From Lama guanicoe (Eukaryota): 64,000 bases of DNA. Each line of letters begins with the position of its first letter. Position 1 is the first letter of the stretch. Shown here in pieces: positions 32,835-43,510 of this stretch. A program made the position numbers and the translations under genes. The stretch covers positions 1,488,001-1,552,000 of the forward strand of contig MU053758.1 of assembly GCA_013239625.1 (NCBI GenBank), read 5' to 3'. Under the pieces are notes generated by a model. The model saw nothing but the letters and a program-made list of their open reading frames with translations. It was not told the origin of the DNA and searched no databases.

Positions 32835-32940
32835 TTTCATTTTACAGGTGAGGAAACAGGTCTAAGGCGGTGAGGCCATTTGCTTAATGTCACATCATGA
32901 GTTAGATTAAGAATCAGGACCAGAACCCATTTCTCCCAAG
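32835..32940 (-). mobile_element. MIR SINE fragment (approximate bounds)
   Basis: cattttacaggtgaggaaacaggtct...ttgcttaatgtcaca MIR core. Confidence 0.55.
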
Positions 32941-33034
32941 TTTTAGTCTCATGTGGTCTCTGGTCTCCAGTTGGTGCTGGAGACCCCAGATGGGTAGGAC
33001 ACATGTGTAGAAGAGAACTGTGGGCCCTCCTTGC

Positions 33035-33270
33035 CTTGCTCTGGCGGCAGCGGTAGGAGACCAGCATGCTCAGGAAGACGGCCAGCATGCAGCAGGTCTG
33101 ACAGGCCAGCACCACCGCCCGTAGTGCCAGGGCTTCCTCCACCAGGCACGGTGTGGCATCCAGGCAGCTGGTGCAGCCCTCAGCACATGGCTGGCACCGC
33201 AGCAGCCTCCCGGAGCTGCCTTGAGGGAACCCGAATTGCCCGATAGGTTGGGCAGCACTCTCCTCTGAGC
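33035..33270 (-). CDS. GPR179: GPR179 coding exon 4 (Cys-rich stalk and TM1), ending at a GC donor
   Basis: acceptor ctttacag|GC; LRCQPCAEGCTSCLDATPCLVEEALALRAVVLACQ...RCRQSK; donor AAG|gcaagg. Confidence 0.88.
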
Positions 33271-33698
33271 CTGTAAAGAACAAGATGGGTGCAGAGAGAG
33301 TGTCATGGCTGGGGCATCCTGAGACCCCAGCCTTCTCTCCCAGTGGTCACCACAGTGATCTCCCTGTGTTCCTATGGTCTGTGACCCCTGGGGTAGGATT
33401 GAGAGGGGTAGGAATGAGGAAGTGTGTACTTTCAGAGGAGGTCAGGGTAACAGGAAGAGGTGGTGCCAGGCTAGGACACACTGCAGGGTCAGACTGACAT
33501 GTTACAGGCTCATTCTCAGAAGGCACAGACACCTCCAAATTGGCCGCGCCTACCTCTCTTGCTTCTCTCAACCTTCTGCCCTTGCCCCACAAGTTTTCTC
33601 CCAGTGTCTCACAGCAACCTGCCTTTCTTCCCCAGATGCCCCCCTCTAATCAGCCCAGCCTGTAAAACACCAGCCTGGCCCTCACCATGCTTACATAC

Positions 33699-33786
33699 CC
33701 CCAGAGCTGCTTGCCCCGTAGAAGCCGGGTCGGCAGCGGCAGAGGTAGCGGCCAAGGACAAAGCCCTGACTCTCCAGGGGGACACA
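33699..33786 (-). CDS. GPR179: GPR179 coding exon 3 (EGF-like)
   Basis: acceptor tcccacag|TGT; CVPLESQGFVLGRYLCRCRPGFYGASSSG; donor GGG|gtatgt. Confidence 0.93.
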
Positions 33787-35427
33787 CTGTGGGACAACAA
33801 ACACAATAGGTATTTATAGGGGGCTTTCCGTCCTGGGAAGAGACGGAGGCTCTGTCTACCTTCCTGTCCACAGCTCCTGGGTCTGCACTAGGAGCCCCAC
33901 CAGAAAACTTGCCCAGTCCTTGGGGAGGTTTTCCTCTCGGGAAACTCTACTCTGCGCCTCCCCCTTGCCATATCCTCTCTTCTCAATGAGACCACCAAGC
34001 AGAGTATGGGGATGATTCACCCTTTTATTCAGACTGGCAGTGACAGGAGCCTCCCAGGTCCCATTACTCAGTGCCCAGCTTTTGCTTGAGCAAGGTGCTG
34101 GGGGAGGTGGAAGCAGGGAGAACTTTGAGCTCAACCATACCTGTGTGCCTATGTCCTGTTTCAAAGGGTCCCTATCAGTTGCCTTCTTTGGCACACAGGT
34201 GAGTTGAAAAGGCCCCCTAGAGGAGCAGCTTCCTGCATTGGGGCCATCTGACTTAGGTGCAGGACTGCTCTCCCCAGCCCTAATGCCAGGCTAATGCCAG
34301 GCTGGTGGGATGCCAAGGTCAGCTCTTTATTCCACCTCCGCCCATTGATGTTTGCCCAGCAGGGGATAGAGCAAACCTCAGAGCCAGGCAGGGAAGATGA
34401 ACATGTGGATGAGGTCAGATCTACTGTGGGGAGTGGCTAGGAACAGAGAGCAGTGGGACAAAGGAAGGGAGATTCCATATCCAGTCCCTGACTTCACCTA
34501 GAAGGTGCTTCTGAAATCGCAGCCCAGCTTCTCCTTTCACTCGGACCACTGGAAAGGGCTCTGTTCCTGCCACAGTCTGCACAATCAGATGAATGCATGC
34601 CCAGAGACATGAATATGGCTGGGTTTAAAAGTGCACTGGACAATGGGAGTCCTTGTCCATCTCTGGACTTACAGCTCCAAACACATGTGCCCTGAAGAGC
34701 AACAGATGCCCAAACCCACCCCACCTCCCAGCAGGCTGCAGGGCTTGCCTTGGCTTTGGTTCAGCTCAGGAACAAGTATGCAGTCAGTGTAACTGTGGAG
34801 CGGATTAGTTCACTGGCCTCCCAGTTTCCCAGTACTGGGCTTGCAGGATTACCAGCCATTGCTTTCCATTATCTGGATTCTCCTGCATCCACAGCTTCTT
34901 TGATTTTGCCAGCATCTGGATTAGGTTCCATCACCTTCACCAGTCCCAGAACCCTTCAAGCTCCTTCTTTGGCTAGTTCTCCTACACCCTGACCAGCAAT
35001 TCCACTTATTTCAACAAACACCCAACAGAGCATCTTCTATGGGTCAGAAGGAAACCAGATCTCTGTTGACATGGAAACTGTGGTTCAGGAGAAGGAAAGG
35101 GGATGATTAACAGTGGCTCAGGAGGTGGTCCTGGGAAGGAATCCTGGAGCACGCAATACCAGAAGGGAGAGCAGCCAGGGAGGCACACTGAGATTTCAAA
35201 GGCGTGAGGGTGGCTATCTCAGGTGGAGGTGGGGGTAGGCTGTAAGTGTCCTCACTTAAAAAGCCTGGTATCTCATCTCTACTTATCTCATCATTAAGGA
35301 CTCCCCTGAAGCCTTGAGAGGTTGGTGTGCCTTTGTCAGCTGCTCCTAAGAGCTGAGTGATGGCAGTGATGGGAAAGGGAGAGGGAGGCAAGACCCCAGG
35401 GCTCCCTCCCATCCTCCTTATCCTTAC

Positions 35428-35536
35428 CTGGGTGCTGTTGAGGTCACACAGGTGTGTGTTAGAGTACCAGCCCGGGCTGTTGGCACACTGATTGATGTCC
35501 ACGCTCTGAAGATCTACGTCCATCTGCACCTGCCCC
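35428..35536 (-). CDS. GPR179: GPR179 coding exon 2
   Basis: acceptor tgccctag|G; GQVQMDVDLQSVDINQCANSPGWYSNTHLCDLNSTQ; donor CAG|gtaagg. Confidence 0.94.
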
Positions 35537-36827
35537 CTAGGGCAGTGAATTGGCAGTTAGGGGAAAAGTGAAGGATGCCAAGGGGAACATGTGTCCTTGG
35601 ACCCCAGGTGAGGGGGCAAGGCAAGCTTTATAAACTTCAGCACGTTGGCCACAGAGTGCCAGGAGAGAGGGCACACTTGCATTCCATTTTTCAGTGCTAT
35701 TAACCCTCACTGTCTCTGCACTGATAATCCTCCCCCTAGGTTTTTCACCACCCCCACCCCCATCCTTCCAGCTTTTCAACATCTTAGCATTTCCTGGTTT
35801 CTATCAATGGGTGAAGGGAGGGGGCAAGACATACAGGAGGCTGTGGCTCTGATGATTTGTCTGAAATGGATCTTCACACTTCCCCACTGCATATATATAT
35901 ATACAAGCTCAGCTATTAACCACCTCCTCACTCTGCCCAAACCAAGTCTGAATTGATCACAGCAAAGAAGATAGGGAATGGAGGAGTCCAGGATCAGAGG
36001 TGCTTGGCCCAAGGGCTCATAACCCCTGCTCTGGGCTGAGTGGGAGAGAGCTGGCAAGGAGCCAGGCTGCCTGCAGCCAGGAGAGGAACTCTGCTGGGGA
36101 CAATGAATGGAGATACATAGCTGGGAAAACAACACTGACTGCTGAATGCACAGTACCTGTTTGTTCCCTCCTTCCAGTCAGGGCTCCCAAGCACCTCTTG
36201 GGTAGAGGGAGGAGGTCTGTTATTTGAGGAGTATCATCATCTCCTGGGTCAGGACTTGATGTGAGAATATAGCCACTGGGAGGGACCCCAGGGACCCAGC
36301 CAGCTCTTCAACAGAAAGGGCAATTGTTCAAAACTTCCCCTCAAGTGTTTCCTTCCCTTGGAGAATCTCCCTTTTTCAGTTCTAGATTGCTCGAGAGCAG
36401 CGGATTTCACTCCTGGGGTGCCCACCTGGCTCCTCTGAGAAGCCGGTGCATGGATTGTCACTGTCATCCACACCAAGCCCTCTCCTGCCTTGTACCCACT
36501 ACCCAGATCTAGGGGCCAGGACCTATGCTCAGCTACATCCCCACATCTGTACAAACACACATGTGTATATAACGACATGTAAATGGATTGATTCATATAT
36601 AGTGTGCACACACACCTGTATGTTTTAACATGCAGTTACAGATTCCCAGAGTCAACTGCAAATACATACAACCGAATGCAAATACAAACAGCTGAATGCA
36701 GACGCACACATCTGTGCCCCCCAGACACACATGTGCATGCCAAATGGCCTAAGCACAGCTGGCTGGACTTGGAGCCCCTGCCCCCACAAACTCACAAGAG
36801 CATCAAATCCTGCACAAACCCACTTAC

Positions 36828-37621
36828 CTGACCTCCGGGCTGAGGTCTGGCTTAAGTCCATAGAAGGTGGCTGAGAGTGTGACAAGCCAGCCGGGACGGA
36901 GCCAGCCCTCTTGGCACTCCAGGAAGGGAGGGGACAGCCTCACGTGCTGCATGTCCCCCACGTATCCATCACCCTGTGGCCACTTGGGACTGCCAAGGCT
37001 CCCTAGGTCATTGGTCAGCACCCGCTTCTGCAGATCAGGGGTGTCCAGGACCCCGGTTGGGCTCTCCTCCTGCACCCTGTTCCCCGACAAATCCTGAAGG
37101 ACAGTCTCCTCCCCAATCCGGGTGGCCTGCAGGGCCAGCTGCAGGTGGCTGGCCCCTGGTGAAGGATTAAAGGTCAGCAAAGCCCGGTAGGCCCTTGGGT
37201 CCCCCTCCGCCACGCTACGGACCAGTGCCTGGTACCACTCCACATCCTCCTCCACACTGGACTCCCGGATGTCGTTGGCTTGCAGCAGCATGTTGAGGAA
37301 ATTGGCGGCCTGGGTAACGGTGCCCGCTGCCCTCCACAGGACTGGGGGGAGCCCTGGTCTGGCTCCTGCCCCATGGGCTTCATAGCGCTCACTGCAATTA
37401 GCCCCCAACAGCTGTTTGGCGTCTCCAGAGTAGAGAAAAACCAGGGCTGCCTCAGCTCCCTCCGAGGGCACCCACATGGGTTCAGATCCTGGCTCGACTT
37501 GTGAGGACAGTGCGGGCAGAGAGCGGAGGGGCCTCGGACCCCCTACAGCCCAGTCAAAAAGGAAACAGCAGCCCAGCAGCCCCCACACAGGAGGAGGCAT
37601 GACCACTAATCCAGTGCCCAT
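36828..37621 (-). CDS. GPR179: GPR179 coding exon 1 (signal peptide and ectodomain)
   Basis: aggATGg start MGTGLVVMPPPVWGLLGCCFLF; AANFLNMLLQANDIRESSVEEDVEWYQALVRS; donor CAG|gtaagt. Confidence 0.95.
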
Positions 37622-38289
37622 CCTCAGGGCAGCTCTCAGGGACCCTGGGGTCCAGGCTGCCTGGGGGATTTGGTGGCTCAGGAGATCCCAGGCAGAAGCT
37701 GGCTGCAGTCTGGGGCTACCTGCTTCCAAGCCTCCTATCCTCGCTTTCTCTCTTCCTCTCTCTCTCACACCCGCCCTCCGCTGTCTTGCCTGTTTTTCCT
37801 CCTCTCTAACGTCATAGGCACGAGGGCTCTGCTCCCTCCTCTCTCAGTGTGGCCCTCCATCACAAAACCTCTTAATCCGGGCACACCACTCTTCCCTCCT
37901 GCTCTTATCCAGTTTCCCTCCCCCACTCCCCATCCCACATCTGTTCCAAAGAGAGATAGATGGGAGGGGAGAGGAAGGGACCAGTCATTCTCTCTCTTCC
38001 TCCCTCCCTCCCTCTGCCCTTTGCTCCATTAGGAGAGATGGGCAAATCCAGGATGGGGTGCCATAGCAACCACATATGAGCCTGTGCCCCTCTCTCCACC
38101 CCTCTGCTCCACTCAGCCTCCTGGCAGCAATTTCGATGGGCATGATAAAGGGCCAAGCTGCAGCTCCTGGCAATCTGTTCTGGCTGCCTGTGCCCCCTGA
38201 CACCATGCTGTTGAACTGGAATTTGAGACTGGGGACAGCTAGGGTGGGCAAGAGAGCCTGAGAACCATAATCGCTATTTGTACAGACTG

Positions 38290-38590
38290 TGCCAGATTAT
38301 AAAGTGTTTTTCATGTGCATTATTTGAATGAATCTTCCCCACCCCTACCTATGCTGCATATTCTTATCCCCATTTCACAGATGCAGACAATGAGGCTCAG
38401 AGACTCACCCAAGATCACACAGCTGCTGACTTTGAGACTCAAACCCAGAACTCTGACTCCCCTGCACTGCCCTGTCAAACCCCTACAATCACCCTGTTAT
38501 TCAACCTTAGAGACCTTAAAAAAGCCTCATTACAGAGGAGTAAATGGAGGCCCAGAGAGGTGAAGAGACTTCCCTAGGACCACACTGTTG
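38290..38590 (-). mobile_element. MIR fragments (probably two adjacent; approximate bounds)
   Basis: tatccccatttcacagatgcagacaatgaggctcagagact; gaggcccagagaggtgaagagacttccctaggaccacac. Confidence 0.55.
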
Positions 38591-40149
38591 CTCGTGACAA
38601 AGCAGGAGCCTCCGCCAGGTCTCCACCTCTCCACCCAGGGGAGACTTCCTTCTCCTGCACCACAGAGCCTGGAGGGGTTAGGAATGGTGGGGGCAGGGCG
38701 GGGGTGCAGGGAAGAGAGTAAACAGCTTTGCCTCTGCTTCTTCCACCTTCACTTTGACTAACCTCTCATCTCTTCCCGGTCTTCCTACCCCTCACATCTT
38801 TCCCTCTGTTGGACACAGTAACAGGGGAGCCCAGGGTTAGCCCTGAGTGAGGCAGCCTCCTTGGATCCAGAAGTGGGTGGATTCTTGAAGTCAGCCACAC
38901 AACAAAGCCCCTGTTTTCCTCTGCCTCCTTCTTACACGACTTTCGCATCACTGATGTGCTCCCCACACACCCAGCGATTTAGCCCCACATGAGCATGCTA
39001 CTTGTTGGTTTCTTCCCTTCTCACTTAAAGCTGAATGTCAGCTAAGTGACTTCCTGAAGGCCACAAAGCCAGTGCGTGGTCCCCGGGGACAGACCTGTGT
39101 CCCATGACCATAGTTCCCTCCCTTGCCCTCTGATTCTGTGTGCCAACAGAGAGAGGGAGGGAGGGGGCAAGTGCCCCACTCCACACTCTTGGTATTACTG
39201 ATTACCATTAGTTGAGGGCCAACAGAACACCTTGGGTGAAGACATAATAGTAAGTTGTTTACCCCCCAAGAAGCCTTTCATAATGATCACTAATGCTTGC
39301 CTAGTGCTGTAGCATTTGCATGTAAATTTTTATTTAATCCCGACAATAGACCCATCAATGGCGGATTATTATTGACCTATTTTTACAAATGAAACACAGG
39401 TTCAAAATTGTTTAATTATTGACTCTTGGTAATATGAGTTGTTCTTTGCAAACTTTTAAAACTAGGGGCCTACTGCTGCAGGGACCACTTATATACCCCT
39501 CAGGAAAGAGGTACGTATAGACACAAAACCCACCCAACACACACACACAAATCCAGCTCACGCAAAGATAGACTTCATTTACTCGGAGCTTAATTTTCAA
39601 TATTTTTTCCAGGAATTAGGCTACAGGCCTGGACACTTAAGGAAATGGAGAAAGGCAGCATTCCTCGCCCTGCCTTAGAAAGAGTCTGTGTGCGTTCCCC
39701 TGTGCCTCTGTCCTCTGGGCAGGTGGAGATATCCCATGTGGTGGACATGGTCAGCCTCCCTCTGGGGCCAAGAAAATGGCTGAACAGCAGAGGGCGCTGT
39801 GGAGCTACAGGCCTTGCATTCATGGAGGGTAATCTGTTCTGGAGCCAGTGGTTTTCCAGAGACAGCCAGAGATCTTGGGTGATCTTCTTAGGCCTCTGGT
39901 GTTCTGTGATCCTACAGCAGATTCTTTTCTTTTCTCCAAAAACCTAAGTGACACCAAAGAGGTAGCTGAGGGAGAGAGGGTAGAAAACATAATCTTCAGA
40001 GTCAGAGTTGGTTTTGAATTCCACTGCACCTTTTTGAACAGTTAGGTAAATAAATCTGAGCATCAGTTTCTTCATAGGCAAGGAAGGTTATTAATTCTGT
40101 TGTGCAGAATTAGAGGTGAATTTGTATCAGGAGCCTCTTACAAGTATGG

Positions 40150-40720
40150 AACAACTGTTCCACACTTGTGTATTAAGGGCTTCCTCTCTGCCAGGCAGTC
40201 CTTGGCACTGTGGTCCATGATGGACAAAAAGCAAATGTGGCCCCTGCCCTCATGGGGCTAAAAGCTTAGCAGGGAAGACAGACTAATCGGATAACCCTAT
40301 AGATAGAATGACAAATCACACTCGTGCAATTCAGTGCAACAAAGGAGTGGGCTTGTGGCTGGGTGAGGAGGAAGTACCTGGGCAGGGAGATGTCCTCGAG
40401 GTAGAGGAGTGAGTTTAATTTGAAGGATGCGTAAGAGTTTATGAAGCAAAAAAAAAGGTAGGGACAAAGCCTTTTAAGAAAAGGGAATCGCTTATGTAAT
40501 GGCCATCTGTGCGTGAACCTGACACAGGGCTAGTGGAACTGCAGGGCAGAGAGAACAAAGTGGAGTTTGGTGGGATATGAGGCCAGAGAGGTAGGGGTCA
40601 GATCACATAGGAACCCAAAGGCCTCCTTAAGGAGTTTTGTCTTTGGCCTAAGAACAATTATAACCATGAAGGGTTATAATCACAGGCTATCGTCGAATAC
40701 GCACTTTAAAAAGGTCTTTC
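40150..40720. mobile_element. L2 LINE fragment (approximate bounds)
   Basis: ccctgccctcatggggct...gagaggtaggggtcagatcacatagg...aaggagttttgtcttt degenerate L2-like text. Confidence 0.45.
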
Positions 40721-40997
40721 CAGCTGTAGACGTCATAGCAGACCCTTGACCATCTTCCCCTCACTGCACCCTCAGGTACTAAAGTTGCTAAATTCTGCTG
40801 GCTGATCCTTTCCCGTTATCCTTTGCATCCCTCAGCATCTCTTCATCAGATGATTGCAATGGTTTCCTAACAGGTCTCCCTGCCTCCAATCATACCTCCT
40901 CTACACAAGGTTGATCTTATTTGGTCTTCACCACATGCCTGCAAGAAAGCAAAGCAAAATCCTTATCCCTATTTTGCAGATGAGAAAACTGAGGTCT

Positions 40998-41890
40998 AAT
41001 GGTTCTGTGGAGCTGGCTCATACAGGCTTATGGAAGTTAAATGTTAAAATTTCAGGAATTTTGCAAACCAGTTGTTAAACACAACCAACTATTAAAAATT
41101 AAATTATACAAATTTGTAATTAAATTGTATTAAAAACAAAGGTAATAAATTCTCAAAACTCATCACTTCCTAATAATTTTACTATTATTATTCACCTATG
41201 CTTGTGAGGTTACTTGTGTTATTGTATCTGCATGATGAAACTACTACATAATAGTACACTCTGTGTTCAGTAAAGTCAAGATGGCAGACTGAAATCAGCC
41301 TCGGTGGGAGTATTTACACTGCAGAAATTGGCAAATGCTACAAATTGGGGCTTGATTTTTTGCTCTGTTGATTACCTAGATTTAAGAAAGTGATGGAGAA
41401 AACGTTAATAATTCAGATTTAAAATTAATGTGTTATGTCTATAGCCATTACATTGTGTATAGCACAAATGTTGAGGAAATATTCTCTCAGTATTTGGAAA
41501 CTGTTATCCGATTTAGCAAAGAAGTTGCTTCCATAACTGACTGTTAAGGTGTCTTTGTGTTTTCACTTTCTTCTTACATTGACACAGAAGAACATCAACC
41601 AATATTCACCTTGCAATTACATTTCCCAGTTAACTTAAACTACAGGTTGGCTACCCATACAGGAGTTTGGCAAAAATCAGTGAAAGCATTCTGTGAAAAT
41701 CAATTGGTTATAAGGGATTTGCAATTTTACATTATTATTTGTAAATTCTGTGCTACACATCCTTTACATCAGTACAATTTATGATAAACTTATGTATATA
41801 TATATATATATATACGTGTATATATATATGTGCGTACAGTCCCCTTTCCACCCAACAGTCGTCTGTTTAACATTTAACAGCACATCACTG
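40998..41890 (+). mobile_element. MER63-type (hAT-Blackjack) non-autonomous DNA transposon, near full length
   Basis: Matches my recall of MER63C throughout (aaattttcaggaattttgc...ctcaaaactcatcacttcctaa...ggtgggagtatttacac) and ends aacatttaacagcacatcactg; ggtcta occurs on both flanks; internal (TA)n at 41794-41830. Confidence 0.8.
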
Positions 41891-42119
41891 GGTCTAGAAC
41901 ATGTTATCCACGTATCATTCCATAAATATTCCCTGGATGCCAAGATAGGGTACAGTTAGTCAATGAAGAAACGACTCGGTCAAGATCACAAATCACAAGC
42001 AGCATAGGAGGGACCAGAGCCAGAGGTACTGTACTCCCAAGGCCAGCAGCTGTCTCCCAGGGCTAGACCAGGCTTTCCAGGGCCACTCCCTCTCACCGTG
42101 GCAGAGGGGGAAGGGGGTT

Positions 42120-43510
42120 GTCTTCGACCTGAGCGCCCGGGAAGTGAAAAACCAAGGTCCCAGCAGGGTACCAAGCACCAGGCGAGAAGCAGCTCACCGC
42201 CAATAGCGTACCAGGCTGCGCGCAACGTCACGCTTTGTAGAGGCCGGCGCGAGCACGCCCCGGGAAGGGGGCGTGGCCACCATCTCCAGGAAGTGACGCC
42301 ATCCGGGGGCGGTACTCGGCGGCGGCGGCGGCGCGCGGCCTGGGCTCGCGCTGGGCTCCGCGCGCCCCCCGCCCCCTCTATGAAGCAGAGGCCGCGGCGG
42401 CCGTTAGCGCTGTTGCTCCGGGGGCCGCGGCGGGCGGGGCTCTGGCGGGGCCCGGCCTAGTCCCCACCCTAGCCCGGCTCCCAGCCGCCCGCCCTCCCTC
42501 CCTCTCCCCGATGCAGGGGGCCGAGCTCCGGGATGGCGAGGCGGCGGCGGCGGCCGCTTCGTACCGCGTCCTGAGCCGCCTGCTCGGTTACGGAGAGGCG
42601 GCCCCCGAGCCAGGCCCGCCGCCGCCGCCGCCGCCCCCGGGCCATGGCCCGGCGCCGCCACCCTTCCTCGCGCGGCCCGGCCCGCGGGGCTCCCGGCCGC
42701 CGCAGCTGATGGTGTTCCGCAACGTGGGTCGGCCGCCAGAGGAGGAGGACGCGGAGGCGGCCCCGGAGCCAGGACCCTCGGAACTACTGTGTCCCCGGCA
42801 CCGCTGTGCCCTGGACCCCAAGGCCCTGCCGCCGGGGTTGGCGCTCGAGCGGACCTGGGGCCCGGCGGCTGGACTGGAGGCGCAGTTGGCGGCTCTGGGG
42901 CTCGGGCAGCCGGCAGGGCCGGGGGTCAAGACGGTCGGCGGGGGTTGCTGCCCGTGCCCGTGCCCCCCGCAGCCTCCTCCTCCGCAGCCCATGCCGCCTG
43001 CTGCCGCCCCGCAGGCCGGGGAGGACCCCACAGAAACGAGCGACGCGCTGCTGGTCTTGGAGGGCTTGGAGTCGGAGGCCGAGAGCCTGGAGACTAACAG
43101 CTGCTCGGAAGAGGAGCTCAGCAGCCCGGGCCGTGGGGGAGGAGGAGGCGGCCGGCTTCTGCTGCAGCCCCCAGGCCCCGAATTACCCCCGGTGCCCTTC
43201 CCGATGCAGGACTTGGTCCCTCCAGGGCGCTCGAGTAGAGGGGAGCAGCAACAGCAACCTCCCCCGCCCCCTCCTCCTCCTGGGCCCCTCCGGCCGCTCT
43301 CGGGCCCTTCTCGGAAGGGCTCGCTCAAAATCCGCCTCAGTCGCCTCTTTCGCACGAAGAGCTGCAACGGTGGCTCCGGCGGTGGTGATGGGGCCGGCAA
43401 GAGGCCTTCTGGAGAGCTGGCTGCTTCAGCTGCGAGCCTGACAGACATGGGAGGCTCTACGGGCCGGGAGCTGGACTCGGGGAGGTGAGACCGGCTGTGG
43501 GGCGGTGGGG
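42120..43510 (+). promoter_or_regulatory. SOCS7 CpG island, promoter and first exon
   Basis: Very CpG-rich; ETS-type GGAAGTG at about 42140 and 42289 (the latter fused to TGACG), CCAAT about 42200, GC boxes. Confidence 0.8.
42511..43484 (+). CDS. SOCS7: SOCS7 coding exon 1 (alternative in-frame start at 42709, MVFRNVGR)
   Basis: Open frame with SOCS7 N-terminal peptides LLCPRHRCALDPK and KIRLSRLFRTKSC; donor GAG|gtgaga; which ATG is used is uncertain. Confidence 0.88.

Larger units (their letters stand above)
22679..37621 (-). other. GPR179: GPR179 gene span, start to stop (class C orphan GPCR, GPR158 paralogue); 11 coding exons, 7158-nt CDS, 2385 aa
   Basis: Exons of 794+109+88+236+69+110+239+139+106+147+5121 nt join in frame; signal peptide, Cache-type ectodomain, Cys-rich EGF-like region, 7TM, very long CPW-repeat tail ending YPWDWE. 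Confidence 0.96.

Noticed and set aside
37622..37768. 49-codon in-frame extension upstream of the GPR179 ATG
   Set aside because: No ATG (track uses an alternative start); it would displace the signal peptide
42130..42300. STAT (GAS) sites in the SOCS7 promoter
   Set aside because: cccgggaa and ctccaggaa lack the TTC half-site; better read as ETS motifs
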